Origin: Azolla caroliniana
Lineage: Eukaryota > Plantae > Polypodiophyta
NCBI GenBank assembly: GCA_043228905.1
Contig: JBHGNT010000020.1
Location: forward strand, 15,190,001 to 15,254,000
Reading direction: 5' to 3'
Length of the DNA: 64,000 nt
The notes under the pieces are model-generated. The model made no database searches, was not told the DNA's origin, and saw only the letters and a program-made list of their open reading frames with translations. Made by a program: the position numbers and the translations under genes. Positions within the stretch are counted from its first letter, which is position 1; every line of letters begins with the position of its first letter. Shown in pieces: positions 23,175 through 36,860 of the stretch.

Positions 23175-24618
23175 TCAAGCCCTTAGATTTGGATAGTTCA
23201 TCACCCCAGCTACAACACTGTCGATAAGTGATGCATGAAACCCAGCCTTCTCCAAAGCATGAATCCCAGCAATGGTCGTACCTACAATGGAAATTGAGCT
23301 ATCATAACCTCATGTGTTGTATACTCATGGAAACTCCTTCCTACAGAAGCCTTCAAAATCCATCTTAAATAATACTAATCGCACAATTTGCATGACCTAA
23401 TTTTTCTCTAAAATATCCACAAAACTAGGGGTATTTTGGTGTTCATCCTAAAACACAAACACAATACATGGATCAATGGGTTAGAGTAGTGATTGCTAAT
23501 TGTAAGCATCCACAAAGATGAATAACAATACCTGCAGGTGATGCAACCTCATCTTACAACTGCCCAGGGTGATTTTTGGTTTCCATTAACATCTTTGTAG
23601 CTCTAAAAATCTATCAAACGATGTAGAACTTTCATAAAATTATCTAAGAAAAAATCACCTAAATCTGTCAGTACTAAAGAACTTGCGATGAGCAAATATA
23701 TATATATTACATTTCTGTTTGAGATGCTAAGGAAAGGGCAACATCTCTTGGTAGTCCCGCTGCAACATCACCGTCTGCTTCAGTTTCAATTGTAAGGTAC
23801 AGATATGCTGGCCCAGTCCTACTATATAGCCCATCACATCACACTTTAGTAAGTATGTTTGATCAAAAAAACCAATTCATGTTCAACTATGCTTCATAGA
23901 AAAACATCAAGTTATATATTGGAAAACATAGTCATATATCTCCAGTCAAGATATACTGCATTTAGAAGCTTCTCATCAGCTACGTGAACACTTCCAACAC
24001 CTTCAAAACCCGTTTTAACTATAAGGGAATCTTCTGGTAGCACTATATCTCCGAGACTCATAACTATAAACTTTAGAGACACGTCTCACATTGTGAAATT
24101 ATTTCACCAAAATACATTTATGAAAACTAGGGTTAAAACAAGTGCCAAATGAAGTTGAGAAGTGTTTCATTAGAACATAGACCGAAAAAAAGAGGTGATA
24201 AAACTTGCTGCGGCAGTTCCCACTAAGCAAGGAGTGTTTGGCATTACTATTCTTATACCGTCATATCTCCTGCCCATTTCTACAAAAGAAATTGACTGAT
24301 ATATGTCATCTCAGAGAAAAGAATTACTTTGCAGTATATGCATCTCTCTCTCTCCCCCGGACGCATTTTGCCCATAACACTAATTTCTACGCTCTCCAAA
24401 AGAAGTAAAAGAATTAGACGCATGAGCCGTAGTAAGTATCTGAGCATTGGACGAGCAAACAGAGGCGCCAAAAGAAGTGAAGACTTTGCAGAGATCAGCA
24501 GAAAAAATGCGAGACGCAGAAAATATTTCGTCGCTATCGAGGCCCAGGAGGTAAAGGCCGCGGCCATCTGCTCTGCTCCGATGAATCCTATCTAAGCTTT
24601 CTTCAGACACACCGCCAT
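23175..24618 (-). pseudogene. P5CR: Pyrroline-5-carboxylate reductase pseudogene (intron-containing)
   Basis: Minus-strand exon remnants: IGFIGAEQMA..FGASVCSSNAQ (about 24618-24433); IRIVMPNTPCLVG (about 24279-24205); VMSLG..DEKLLNAV (about 24065-23945); [23 protein letters not shown] (about 23822-23717); KMLMETKNHPGQL*DEVASPAG (about 23605-23531); TTIAGIHALEKAGF (about 23281-23175). Has a stop, frameshifts, a lost donor site and missing exons. Confidence 0.9.
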
Positions 24619-25070
24619 CGCTCACTCAGAAACACAAACACAGATATTGGTCGCTTATTTCCCTTTTGGACAAGGCGATAAAATGAACTTCCAGAAATAA
24701 CCCTCAAGTTTCTCCTAATTCCATTTTTATTACCCCTGCCCCAAATTACTTGGACCTTATTTTCTTTCGGCATTTTCTGAATCCTATCGAGATATATAGA
24801 TTCGATCCGGTCCAGTCCCTCTACACACATGTTTCCCGACACTCTCCATCTACAACCCCTCATTGGTCAATTTCATGAGCATGGTGGAAAGCCACCATTC
24901 AATTCCACATTTTCTTTTACGTATGACAATTATTTTTCACTCTTTGACCCATGGGCATCACTTTCGACCTTCAACCCTCGGAAGACTATTCACCACCCCT
25001 CTAACTAATAATAGGGAATTTGGTAACAACCTCATAAACTAATATAAATAAAAAATCATTTAAATGATAG

Positions 25071-25903
25071 TGCGGTGTGCATGTGTTCCTTTGTGCCACC
25101 CTTTTAGCTCACCCTTTTTAGGATGCACGTACCCAAGTTGACCCACCCTTTTAGCACACCCTTTTTAGCCAAGCCAACCCAAATGGGTTCCGTTGTATCA
25201 ACTGTAAATTGATTAAGATGTAAGAAGCTAAGTAGACTAGTTTTGATCTCTTATGTGCATTTTACATATTGGTGGAGATGATGGGTACTAGCCCCCACAT
25301 CCAAGCATCCACCTCTTCTGCTTCGTAGGTAGCATTGCCCTCGCCATTGTCATTGACACTCTTGTTAGTCTCTTGTAGTAGTATCTCTTCCATTACCACC
25401 GCCTTAGTTCACTATTTAGGCCTCCCGACATCCATTGCTTCCTCCATCCAAGTCTTTTTTTGCGATCGCCATCTATACCTCTCTAGCACGCAAGCCCACT
25501 ACACCTTCACCTTAGATACTCTCACTTTCTCACACCACTTTTATGTCTTGCCCCACCAACTCTTCCCCCTCACCTTAGGTTGCTCACTAACTTCTTGTCC
25601 CATGAGTTTCTCTGATCCCCCTCCTACGCGATAGCCCTCCTGTCCCCCACGAATATGTGAAATGCACATAAGAGATCAAAACCACTCTACTTAGCTTCTT
25701 ATTTCTTAATCAATTTATAGTTGATACAACGGAACCCATTTGGGTTGGCTTGGCTAGGCTAAAAAGGGTGTGCTAAAAGGGTAGGTCATTTTGGGCACAC
25801 ACATCCTAAAAAGGGTGTGCTAAAAGGGTGGGTCAACTTGGGTATGTGCATCCTAAAAAGGGTGAGCTAAAAGGGGGGCACAAAGGAACACATGCACACC
25901 ACA
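25071..25903. mobile_element. Non-autonomous TIR element with about 200-bp TIRs, TG(C/T)GGTG..CACCACA ends and a 4-bp TSD (Ginger-like?)
   Basis: 25071-~25270 is the inverted repeat of ~25650-25903. ATAG flanks both ends (25067-25070, 25904-25907). The TIRs contain repeated AAAAGGGTGTGCT motifs. Confidence 0.85.
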
Positions 25904-26599
25904 ATAGAAACATATACAATTTTAGATTTATAATAAAGACTAAAATATACTACCCAAGAAAAACCTTTTCGCCTCTCGCTAGAGGTGTTCATAGCCTTGG
26001 GAATTACTAAATAACTTTACAAATATCTACCAAATCATCGGTAGCGCAGTCGTAGTGCCAAACATCACAAGGTTTCTTGACCTAGTATTGGTTTTCTTTG
26101 TCTTATGCCCACCCACACTTATACGCAGAATTGGAATAAAGGGGTCTGCAAAAATTTTATTCCGTATTGCATAGGTACAATATAAGCCCATATCAACATT
26201 CACACTCAAATTTGCATGTATAATTAGAAAAAAAAAAGTGTAAGGAATGACTATTATTATCCAAACACCAAAATGACTATTATTATCTAAACTTTTCTTC
26301 ATTTCCGTAAATGTCATTAGTTTTGTTGTTTCAATAAATACATTTGGTCAATATGTGCTTAGGGCTTATTTATAGAAGCTATTTGCACAATAATAATAAT
26401 AAAACACTTAGTTCATTCCCTATTTCTTTGTTTGTATAAGAAATTGTAAGAGCATTTGGAATAAATATAAATTTAGGAGCCAAAAGGTTTCCCATAAATA
26501 ATATGACATTCTTTTAGTACATATGTTCCGTATATAATTATGTCATATACTATTGTTGATGTAATGTAAAGTGGGATCCAAGAATTATGGCTTTACAAT

Positions 26600-27160
26600 T
26601 ATGCATGCTTCTCATGTTTTTCATTTTTCTTATGGACACCTCTCTCTCACCTCGTTTCCTTCTTCTATTTCATGGTTCAGAATTAAAATTTTGGTCATTT
26701 GGCGTACAATTACGTCATTGGCTCTTTGGATAATATGGAAAGTGAGATGTGATTCTGTTTTTAACAATGCCCATATACAGCTCAACACTATGCTTATTGA
26801 ATTCTAGATGTTGTTTGTTCACACACTTCATGACCATATATGATGATCTGCAGGGTTCGGATGATGTTTTGTGGCAATGGCAAGTGGCCTTTAAGAACCG
26901 ATGGCAAGGACTCCAATTATTTTCAGAGACAACTGCTGATCCAAAGTGGAATTATGCCATACCTTCGTTTATGTTGGATAGTGGATAGTAAGTATTGTCT
27001 ACTTGTTCATATATGACATCATCCGTATCATCAGATGTACTAGCTTTTGTATCTTACAAAAAGAAGTGCGATGAAATGTCTCCTTCTGTTTTTCTTATGT
27101 AGACTTTTCAAGTAATATACTAAGGTGTATCTTCCTTAAAAAAAATAAAAAATAAAAAAT
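26600..27160 (+). mobile_element. L1-type LINE 3' fragment; boundaries approximate
   Basis: LWIIWKVRCDSVFN motif and an A-rich tail at about 27138-27159. Similar in type to 35650-36190. Confidence 0.6.
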
Positions 27161-27627
27161 TATGGCATTACAACTCAATTTGTCGAAACCAAGGGTTGAA
27201 CGTTATTAATACAAATATATTAATAGTGATTAAAACTAGCAACAAAACCAGGATTTCGCAATTCTAATCTTACCAAAGCTGTGAAGAAATGTGTAACTGA
27301 TCATATTCTCTCTTTTACCCCCAAGTTGTTGTGAAAGGAATTGATCTATTGATGCATGACTCCTTGAAGAAAAATCCAACAAATACATACACAAGATAAG
27401 CTTTTACTACCAACTTGAGGACGGCATAGTCTTTTCGATATAATCATTAATGAGCCTTATGGGATGAACTAGTAGATGGATCATCACACAATTAGGCTAT
27501 TATTTGTTCAAGAACGACACCCACACACATCATTCATGGACAAATGTAGGCATAATAGATTGGCAACACCACAACGTGGTATAGAATGGTATCTATCTAT
27601 GTAACTATGGTCTATATATATATTCCG

Positions 27628-27629
<2 letters not shown>

Positions 27630-27682
<53 letters not shown>
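27630..27682. repeat. (TA)n(GA)n microsatellite upstream of the RLK
   Basis: Seen directly in the sequence. Confidence 0.95.
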
Positions 27683-27787
27683 CCTAGTCGTACACATGAG
27701 TCATGACTATGAAGCGAACCTTTCTTTATGCGAATCTAAATCCTCTACTTAAGCAAGTAGTGCGCGTCTATATCGAGATATGTAGAA

Positions 27788-27817
27788 ATCTCAAAGTCAA
27801 TGCGACGACTTTGAGAT
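27788..27817. promoter_or_regulatory. Palindromic W-box/GACTTT module in the RLK promoter
   Basis: ATCTCAAAGTC-AATGCGAC-GACTTTGAGAT, about 105 bp upstream of the ATG; contains TTGACT on the minus strand. A related inverted pair lies at 5390-5416, upstream of the paralogue. Confidence 0.5.
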
Positions 27818-27922
27818 CTCTCTTGGCTTTCTTAGAAACCTCCTACACTATTTAATGGATCGTCTTCGTGTGTTTTGTTGGTAATTCATCCAACGGCTGT
27901 TCCTCTGTTGATCGGATCAGCT

Positions 27923-30900
27923 ATGGCGTCCAGAACTACCCCTACTTGCAGGCGATTCATCGTCTTCCCGATTCTTCTGTTACTTCCGTCTCTCACTATC
28001 CTTGACATCCATCTCTGCACTGCCAAACCTCCGGCTGGTACTAATTACAAACACTAGATTCATGATTTAGCAGATAGATTAGTTCATTATATTTCAGTAC
28101 CTGAGTTGAGCATGTTAGTAACATCAAAGTTATGATGTTCTATTTTATGTAGGGTTCGTCAGCATAGACTGTGGGTCATCCCAAACCAGGAATTACACTG
28201 ATGGCTTAGGCATTGAATGGGCACCAGACATCACAATTTGGCCGGACATCAGCAGCTGGTCTTTGACGTCGGCTATAACACCCCCAACTGGCAACACTAG
28301 CGGTGGTGCAAAGTATCAGACGCTGCGCTACTTCCCTCCTGCCAGTAAATCGACATTAAATCAGAAGAAGTTTTGCTACACGTTGCCAGCCAAGGGCGAT
28401 GATTACTACCTGGTTCGAGCCACATTCTGGTACGGGACATCGGCAACGACGACGTTGTATGGCACGCGTGTGCCAGGCATCATAAGCTTCAGGGTGGTGG
28501 TAGACACATTCACAGGAGCACAGATCACCATTACGCTACCACAAACCTCCCCGCAGACGGAGGAGATGTACGTTCGGGCACAGAGTGGGAGCTCATCGGT
28601 GTCGGTGTGTTTTTCCGCGGCATCTGACAATAGTGACAGCCCGTTCATAAACGCATTGGAGTTGCGTCCTCTTTCATCGGATATGTTGTTTGTGTCTGTG
28701 ATGAACAGTACAAACACTGCACTCCGCACTGCATCTCGACTGGACTTTGGTGCGTCTGCGTCTGGCCCTCCCATCATAAGGTAAATCTCATGTCCAAACT
28801 GGGAATGGTGGGCCCATGTTTGCATGCAGTATATTGTATTGAGTTCTTGACTTAGTGAGCCTTGTGTGTGTTGAGTTTGCACTTACTTGAGCATTGAACC
28901 GGCGGTATCAGGTATCCAGATGACTCCCTAGACAGATTGTGGGTGGCGAATACGACAGGGCCTACCATCCAGACAAGTTTGGCTGTGGACGTTGAGGGGA
29001 TGCACGATTCCCCACCCGTTTCAGTGCTCCAAACGAGCCTCGTGGCCTCCAGCAACGCTGGCTTTTATTACAACCTCACACGTAATCTGGCTGGCACCTC
29101 CTCCGCCTACTATTATCTGGCATTCTACTTCGCCGAGGTTGACTCGCGTGTCAATGCTTCGGGACTCCGTGTGTTCGATATCTGGGTCAACGGAAGGTCA
29201 TTTTTCTCAAACGTTGACGTCTATAACAGGGTGCATTCCTATTTGGCCTTTGAGATTTACAGTTCCAAGCCTCAGGGACCCTACTCTGACCACATCCTCA
29301 TCAACGTCACATCCACGCCGTCTTCCGTCTATCCCCCTTTCATTGCAGCGCTTGAGATCCTCCAAGGCTTGGACAATCCCATGGTCTCCGCCACATCCCT
29401 CGTCGACAGTAAGCTAGCTACTCTGTTTTCATCAATGCATTGGAACTACTCTGTGCTTTATTCAATGTATTACCCTAAACTGTGAAGATTCAACAAGAAA
29501 GAAAGAAGGAAGATAGAAACGATAGTTTTTGGTTTGTTTTAGTTTCTCGGACGTGTCCGTTACAAAACGTGCACCTACCTCTTCATATTATAGAGGGTTA
29601 CATATTTTCCTAAAACTAGAATATTAAAATAAGATAATGGCAATCACGTTTCCAACATTAAAACGATTGTAACATAAAACAAATACATCGTTTTTCATCG
29701 GAGCCATTTACTAACTAGTTGTGTATCCTAATTGTTAACAGTCCTGGGGGTTCAAGGTATAACTACTGCACTATCCAAGAACTTAAGTAGATTCACAGGG
29801 GACCCGTGTTTCCCTGTGGAATATAAATATCCATGGCTCAATTGTACCGGCAAAGGCATCCTCCCTACTCGAGTGACTTCTATGTGGGTAGATATACATT
29901 GAATATTGAATGTTTATCCTATTTTTGCCTCTTATTTTCCTCAATTGTGGTGAACCATGTCGAAATTTCAACCGATGATTCGTATCTCATGTGGCTCTAA
30001 ATAATAGATCCTTGTCTAACTGGAACCTAGTGGGAAATATACCAAGCAGCATCAACAATCTTGATCAAGTTGTAAACATGTAAGGTTGCATCCTTTTAAG
30101 ATTTCTGTTGTAAACTATGCCTTGAAGGATTAAATGGTAAAGTTTTCTTATAATTGGCGTACATGATAAACTGAGAAATCACTGTAACTCAAAGATATTA
30201 CCCTATGCAATACTTACCCATTTTGATACAGCTCTTTGGATGGCAATGCATTGGAGGGGCCTATCCCGGTCGATCTGAGCAACTTGAAGAACCTCGAATC
30301 GCTGTAATTGACTGCTCCATTCGCCATTTATGCTCTCATTCATGTACTAGTTGAAATTAAGGGGGAATATATAGATGTGGTTCTAAGAGCTCATTTAGCA
30401 ATAAGGATCACAAGAATAATAAGCATCATGTACACATCTCTAACCCTTCATACTGTAAATGCAAGGAGTAATAATATGCGAGGTAGAATGATCCTTATTG
30501 TTTTACCGTCGGGTTTGTCTGCAGGAACCTGAGCTATAATAAGTTGAGTGGAGGCATCCCTGATTCACTTGCGAAATTGCCCAAATTGACATATCTGTGA
30601 GGGGCAATTCAGTTTGTTATTGATATTCCTGGATTTCTATTGCTTGAATTTTCATGTCAGAGTTATCATTATTCTTTTGCCACGTGCTTGAAGGGACTTA
30701 CGATACAATAACTTGAGCGGAGAGATTCCTCTGCTACTGCAACAGAGGGCAGAGAATGGTCAGCTCATATTCAGGTGCGTGCGGTTACTCTTTTGCCTTA
30801 CAAAATAAACTACCTGCATTTCATTAATCCATTTAAACAGCTTATGCACAAATACTTGATAAATTTGCCAATCGGCTCACTTATTGCAATAAAAACACAA

Positions 30901-33241
30901 GTAATTCCAAAAGCTCCTACCTGAAAGAAACCTAAAGTGAACTAATTATGGTTTCCTATTTCTATAGAACTGAGGGAAACAACTTTCAGAGCAACCAACC
31001 AAAGACATCACCATCGCCACCGCCACCGCCACCGAAACAAAGTCGGCTTCCGTTGATAATTGGAGTGGTGGTTGGGGTTGTTGTGGTTCTTTGTGTTGCC
31101 ATTGTGTGCATAGTCATTGTGTGCAGAAGAAGAAGAAGAAGAAGAAAACTTGCAATTCCTACTTCCCACAATGAAGCAGCTGTTCAGAATAAAGAAATTC
31201 CTTCTCAAAATCATGCAAATCAAGCATACCAACCGCATGGCCTTGCGACCTCAAAAACTGAACCTTATCCTAACGGTCAGAATCAAGAAAATTCTTTCTC
31301 ATTTTTTATTGGGTTCTTATAAGCATACCTCGGACGCTTGAACCACTTGCACCCTTTCGATTTGGGCACTCTTTTATACACACTCTGCCGCGCGCACACA
31401 CACTTTCACTCCCCTCGTTGATATATTATTGAATATGGATAGCTCTGTCTTCTCCGTCCGACTTCGAAATTTAACACCTTTAAGTATCGTAATAATTTCT
31501 TGGCAGTGTCGTTGATATTGGTAAAACAATTTATGCAGTTGTGAGCCACACAAGAGTAATTGAAGCTACAAATGCTGCCCGTCGCTTCACGCATGGAGAA
31601 ATTCAGAGAATCACCAACAATTGCTTGGAAGAGATCGGCAGTGGTGGTTTTGGAATCGTGTATAAGGGACACCTTGGAGAGGGTAAATTCGTTGCTGTCA
31701 AAGTATCGTCCCATGCATCACAACATGGCTCAGAGCAATTCTTGAATGAGGTACTATATAATAATTTCATAATGCCCTCCTAAAAAAGACAAGATTGATG
31801 AACCATTAAATTGGCAAAAGATGATCCTTAACTAGTTGAATGCCTCTTCATATTCTGTCTAACTGTCATTAATAATTCATTTGGCTACTTTAATGGACAT
31901 CTAAATATAGGTAGCTGTTCTATCACGAGTACATCACAAGAACCTTGTGCGATTGCTGGGATATTGCACTGAGGAAAGGCTAGTGCTAGTTTATGAATTT
32001 ATGCCAAATGGATCATTATTTGATCGCCTCTTTAGTGAGATTTCTTATCTTCTCCTATGTTCTGTATATGTTGGTAACACAATCTGTTGAATTTGCTCAA
32101 TAGATGTTTTATTTCATTTTCCAAGTTAATACAAAGTTTCAGGATGATATGGACTAAACTAACTTTATTTCCTTCTTCAAAAGTCTCTAAAAAACAAAAA
32201 GGAAACACATCATTAGCACCGACAGCTACTCCTTTGACATGGATTCAAAGATTACAAATTTTGTTGGATGCAGCCAGAGGTGATAGATATTGGATTCCTT
32301 TCAATTAACATACATACATACATATATATATTATACTTTGTTATTATATGCTAATTCTACTTAGCCGTAATTTGTTACAAAATGATTATAGGTCTTGCAT
32401 ACTTACACCACAGTTGTGACCCAAAAATCATTCACATGGATGTCAAGAGTAGCAACATTCTAATGACTAAAAACTTGGAAGGGAAAGTGTCGGATTTCGG
32501 AATATCAAGGCCAAATTTCAGTGATGGAGGCATTCAATTAGCGACACAGCTAGTGGGTTCTTTAGGATATATGGATCCAGAGTATGTATTACCAACTTAA
32601 TACACATAAAACTTGGAAATCTTTTCGAAGAAATAATCTGTTATGTTAAATTACCTGTTACATGTCCCCATGACATGTAACAGTAAATTATTTGAAGTAC
32701 CAATGCTTAACTTTAGCATTATGTAACGTTTCCATGATTAATCAATGATGATATCATTTCTAGGCTTGCATCCACATCAATATTGTCGGAAAAGGTTGAT
32801 ATATACAGCTTTGGAGTTGTTCTCTTTGAAGCTCTATGTGGCAAACCTCCTCTTATAAGAGATCGCGGAGGCCCAAAACACAAAATTCTCATCGTAGATT
32901 GGGTATTAATATTATCAAATGATAAGTGAAAATTCAAGTCAAATCTTAGCTTCCCTAAAATCACTCAATTTTTATTGTTACAGGCTAGACCGTATTATGA
33001 AAAGGGTGCAATAGAGGAGATTGTAGACCGAAAAATTGGAGAAAACTACAATGCCTCATCCATATGGAAAGTGGCAGAGATTGCCATGGCATGTGCTCAA
33101 TTTACGGGTAGAAAACGACCAACAATGAATGAAGTTTGCAATGAGCTTGCTGAGGCCTTGAGGTTAGAGATGAGCTCTAATACAATCTCGCCTACAACTA
33201 CAGGAGAATATTTCCCCCCGATTGACGTGAATGCGAGATGA
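27923..33241 (+). CDS. Malectin-like domain LRR receptor-like kinase (LRR-I type), 15 exons, apparently intact
   Basis: GT-AG exons that join in frame: 27923-28037, 28153-28780, 28912-29408, 29742-29883, 30008-30079, 30232-30303, 30525-30596, 30694-30774, 30968-31275, 31539-31750, 31911-32034, 32184-32279, 32392-32581, 32764-32902, 32984-33241. Domains: signal peptide, GFVSIDCG malectin-like region, RYPDD..DRLW, GDPC, 72-bp LRR exons, poly-Pro linker, TM followed by a basic run, and kinase motifs [27 protein letters not shown]. Confidence 0.95.
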
Positions 33242-33302
33242 TCAAGAATAAATACGGACATCTCATCTATGGTTTGTTCTCAATACATTTGATTTGATGC
33301 AC

Positions 33303-36300
33303 AATGTAATTCAGAAGTTAACCAATCATTTCCAGAATGTATTATTTTCATTGAAGACGTTTGAATATCAAACTATCATTTTCATTGATTAAGTTATTTT
33401 TGTTTAGATAATAATTTATTTTCTAAGTCAACAATGATCTAAGCTCCGAGTGCAAGATGCTTGATTGATGAGATCAAGAGAGTAGCAGAGTTCATTTGAA
33501 AGTAAACAAGAAAGAACGAATAGTTGATGGATTAACAAAAGAAAAACTTAATGTCATTATATAGGTTGCACGCAAAACGATTGATTATAAGTATTATGAT
33601 CAGAAAGAAAACAAGAAAATTGTGTGATTCTAGAACTCATGATTATAAATTTATGATATCCAACATTTCAGGACCCTTAACAAATGAGAAGGCTGAATAT
33701 AAACTTTGTGGTTAGAAAGTATGAGGTTAATGTAGAGAAAAGACAAGATTAAAAACGTTCGGAAAGGAATTCAACGTATCAGTAATGAAGGAGAAGATGG
33801 CGTTTTTTTATGTAGAGTAGCAGTTTTGATAGTATTTATTTCGCTTGAAATATGTGAGAGCACTTATAGTTTCCTGTTTTTAGGAATGTAGGGGTGCACG
33901 TGAATGACAACCCTTTTAAGGATATAAGTTTGAATATTTTGGTAACTTCTTGTGTTCTTATATGTATTCTCAGATGTGGCCATAGTGCCTTATATGTATA
34001 TATTTGTTTTGGTTTAGGGTTTAGGGTTCTATATAGCTCCCTGAACCTCTTCCTCTTGAAGTAACGATGTGAAATTCTCAAGGGGGAGTAAGGGATTTCT
34101 TAGTGAATATGTAAATGTTGTGGCCATGCCATCTTCCTTTAAAGGTAGACATGGACACATCTCGGAGCCAAATCCAACATCAAATTGCTTCACCTACCTG
34201 GCAACTATAATCATTTGGCTCCTAATATCCTCATTCTACACATTACCTCCACTATTCACTAAGAGGTCAATTGATTCTCCAGGTTTTTTGGATTCAAGTG
34301 CCATATATTGATCCTTGAATTATTTCCCAACTTATCACATTCACCTTAATCATCATTAAATCAAGTGCCATATATTGATCCTAAGCATTGAATTGGGTTA
34401 TTCAGATCTCTTATTCTAATGGGCCGAACATCTAGTCCAAGAATGATGTTGAGAAGCTCCTAGATAGAATCCACAATGTGGATAGGTTGAGTCTTACAGA
34501 AATCAACTTTGGTATGCCCTAGAATGTTATTTTACCTTTCCTTTCCCATTCTAAAAAGTGATGCAGAAGAGGGACAGGGGGGTCATTATGTATTTGGTTT
34601 TTTTATGTTTGCCTTTCTCATTGTGAAAAGAGATGGGGAAGAGGAAAAAAGGGAAATTTGCATTTTGGGTTTTGGTTTGTGTGAGAAATAAAAAAGGGTT
34701 CGAGAAGAGAAAGTTTTAGGGTTTATGAGTTTTTTTCTAGATTACCATCTTTCTATGTCTTCTTCATGCATTATTATTCTTCAAGGCGTGTTAGGGATTG
34801 GTTGTTTTAATCTACGTCTTCACCTCTCCACACCTATGGTGGTTATCAGAGTTTATGAGAACTTTAGTGGGAGGAAACGTCGAGCTATGGATGTATTTAG
34901 AGATCAATCCTTCGCATTTTAAGTCATACCAGAGTGAGGTGCTCAACCCTAATGTAAGTCGAATCACATAAAATGAATATCGCAATATATTCACTTGGTT
35001 TGACATTTGTGACTTTTGATGGGTCTCATCATCCTATTGACTCTACTCTTAGATTGAGACTTGGCACAAATCCACACATGAAACTCAAAAGGCTCCAACA
35101 CTGGAAAGTTTCTCATCTAGCATTTCGAATTGTTGTAACTTGTGACTTCATCTCACTATGAGTCCCACTTTCACCATCACTTGTTGAAACCATCTGCACT
35201 ATTTGCCCAAACACTCACAAAGTAAATGAACTAATCCTCATTACACGTGCTCTTATCTCCTCCACAAGTTATGTTCAATAAGCAGTGTGTAAATGTTTCA
35301 GCTTTGATACACCATAAGAAGTGTGAAACCTTTGTAGCTTTCATACCACGTTAACGATTGCATGGACAAATAGAGATTGATCATTTATGTATTGAGCATG
35401 CAAAACATCACGCAAAAGATATAGACATATTGTCTTACAATAAAGAATGAGACATGGTTTCGTGTTGTCAATGGCACATGATGGGAAACCATCTCTAAAG
35501 CGAGAAATTTATCTAATTTAAAATGTTATTTCCAAATAAACACAAAAGAACAAGTTTCAAACTCAACACAATTCTTCCTTGAAAGGAATATAAATATCAC
35601 TAGGATAACTATTTCATATATTAAATAAGTATATTCTGAAAGATGTACCTACAACTTGTGTACAAAATCAAAAACTTGAAGATCTTTGGATGTTGCTTGC
35701 CCCCATTACTATATGGCATATATGGACAGCAAGGTGTACCAGGGTATTTTCCGCACACAAACGCCCTCCAGCTGAATCGATTAAGCTAATTTGGCACACA
35801 CTCATAACTACACTAAGAGCTCAATATGAGCGGATTAATGGTACTAATGATGCTGCAGACCTAATGAGGCTGAATTTTCGAAAAAGATGGTGTACGACAC
35901 CGATGGCAGCAGCAAATGGAATGGATATACTATGGAAGTATGATGTACCCAGATGGTTGTTTCCCCCTCCCATTAGTTGAACGAGGGGCGTGAAAGACAT
36001 GGCAAGTGGGATAGTGAAGGTAGGTGATGTATCTGAAAGGATGGCTTGAGTCATATGTAAAAGTGTAAGATAAATAAGTGAGATCTCTTGTATGTAGGCT
36101 AGGATAATCTTGGCACGGCCTACCTGAGAAAGGGATCGTGTTCATGTATATTTTAACTAATGGAGTATATTCTTTTTTGGAAAAAAAAAAGATATTTTTA
36201 TTTATTTTTATTTTTATTTATTTAAAAATAAATTTTAAAAAAAATAAATTTTAAAAAAAATAAATTAAATCATGTTTTCCTTTTAATGCCTTATTCTCAC

Positions 36301-36686
36301 ATTTTGAAAAAATTTAAAATTTAAAATAATGAAATTTTTTTAATTTTTTAATTTGAATTTTGACCTAAGTTGAAAACCGAAACCGAACCATGAAACTGCG
36401 GTTTTACTTGCTTAATGGCTTAATAGTTTGAAATTTTTTAATGGTTTGGTTTAAAGGTTTTGTGGTTCGGTTCAAGTTTCAAAACTTTTAAACGGTTCGG
36501 TTTCAAACCGGTTCGGATTTTACCCTCTTGAACCGAACTGAACCATTGCCGATTGTTAGATATAATGGGAGCTCTAGCTCATTTGGCCCAAAAAGATGAG
36601 ATATATGTATGAGGGAAGGACTAACCTCCAATCCATTAAGAAAGAACAATAATTTACCCCATTAAATACACCACCACAATTGACCT
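33303..36686 (+). repeat. Segmental duplication copy 1 (RLK 3' flank)
   Basis: Collinear with 39950-40891, 48817-50278 and ~63800-63940; for example ORF 34725 is homologous to ORF 49440. Confidence 0.92.
35650..36190 (+). mobile_element. 5'-truncated L1-type LINE
   Basis: ITIWHIWTARCTRVF..PRWLFPP ORF end, a 3' UTR, and poly(A) at 36181-36190. Absent from duplication copy 2. Confidence 0.75.
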
Positions 36687-36860
36687 ATACAAGAATATGT
36701 TTAAACAATTAAAATAAAAAAATAAAAAAAGGTTAAATCGTTTAAACCCCGATTTCTAACCGTTGAAATGGAACCGTTCAAACTATGAAGCCGTTAAGCC
36801 GCGATTTTTGCAGTTTGGTTCGATGTTCTGTTCAAAACTAATCGTTGCCGGCTTGTTATT
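36290..36860. repeat. MITE-like AACCG/CGGTT-rich repeat pieces
   Basis: 36290-36560 is an inverted homologue of 38465-38740; ~36700-37010 is directly repeated at ~38760-39298. Confidence 0.6.

Noticed and set aside
24280-24625. ORFs of 81-95 aa as small genes
   Set aside because: They are frameshifted or antisense readings of P5CR pseudogene exon 1.
26027-26317. 96-aa minus-strand ORF
   Set aside because: No recognisable motif or splice structure.
27923-33241. SYMRK orthologue (malectin, GDPC, LRR)
   Set aside because: The architecture is shared by the whole malectin-LRR family; the tandem cluster and non-RD loop argue against it, and a phylogeny would be needed.
34725-34922. 65-70 aa ORF repeated at 49440 as a conserved micro-gene
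   Set aside because: Explained by the segmental duplication; the ends differ and there is no evidence of coding constraint.
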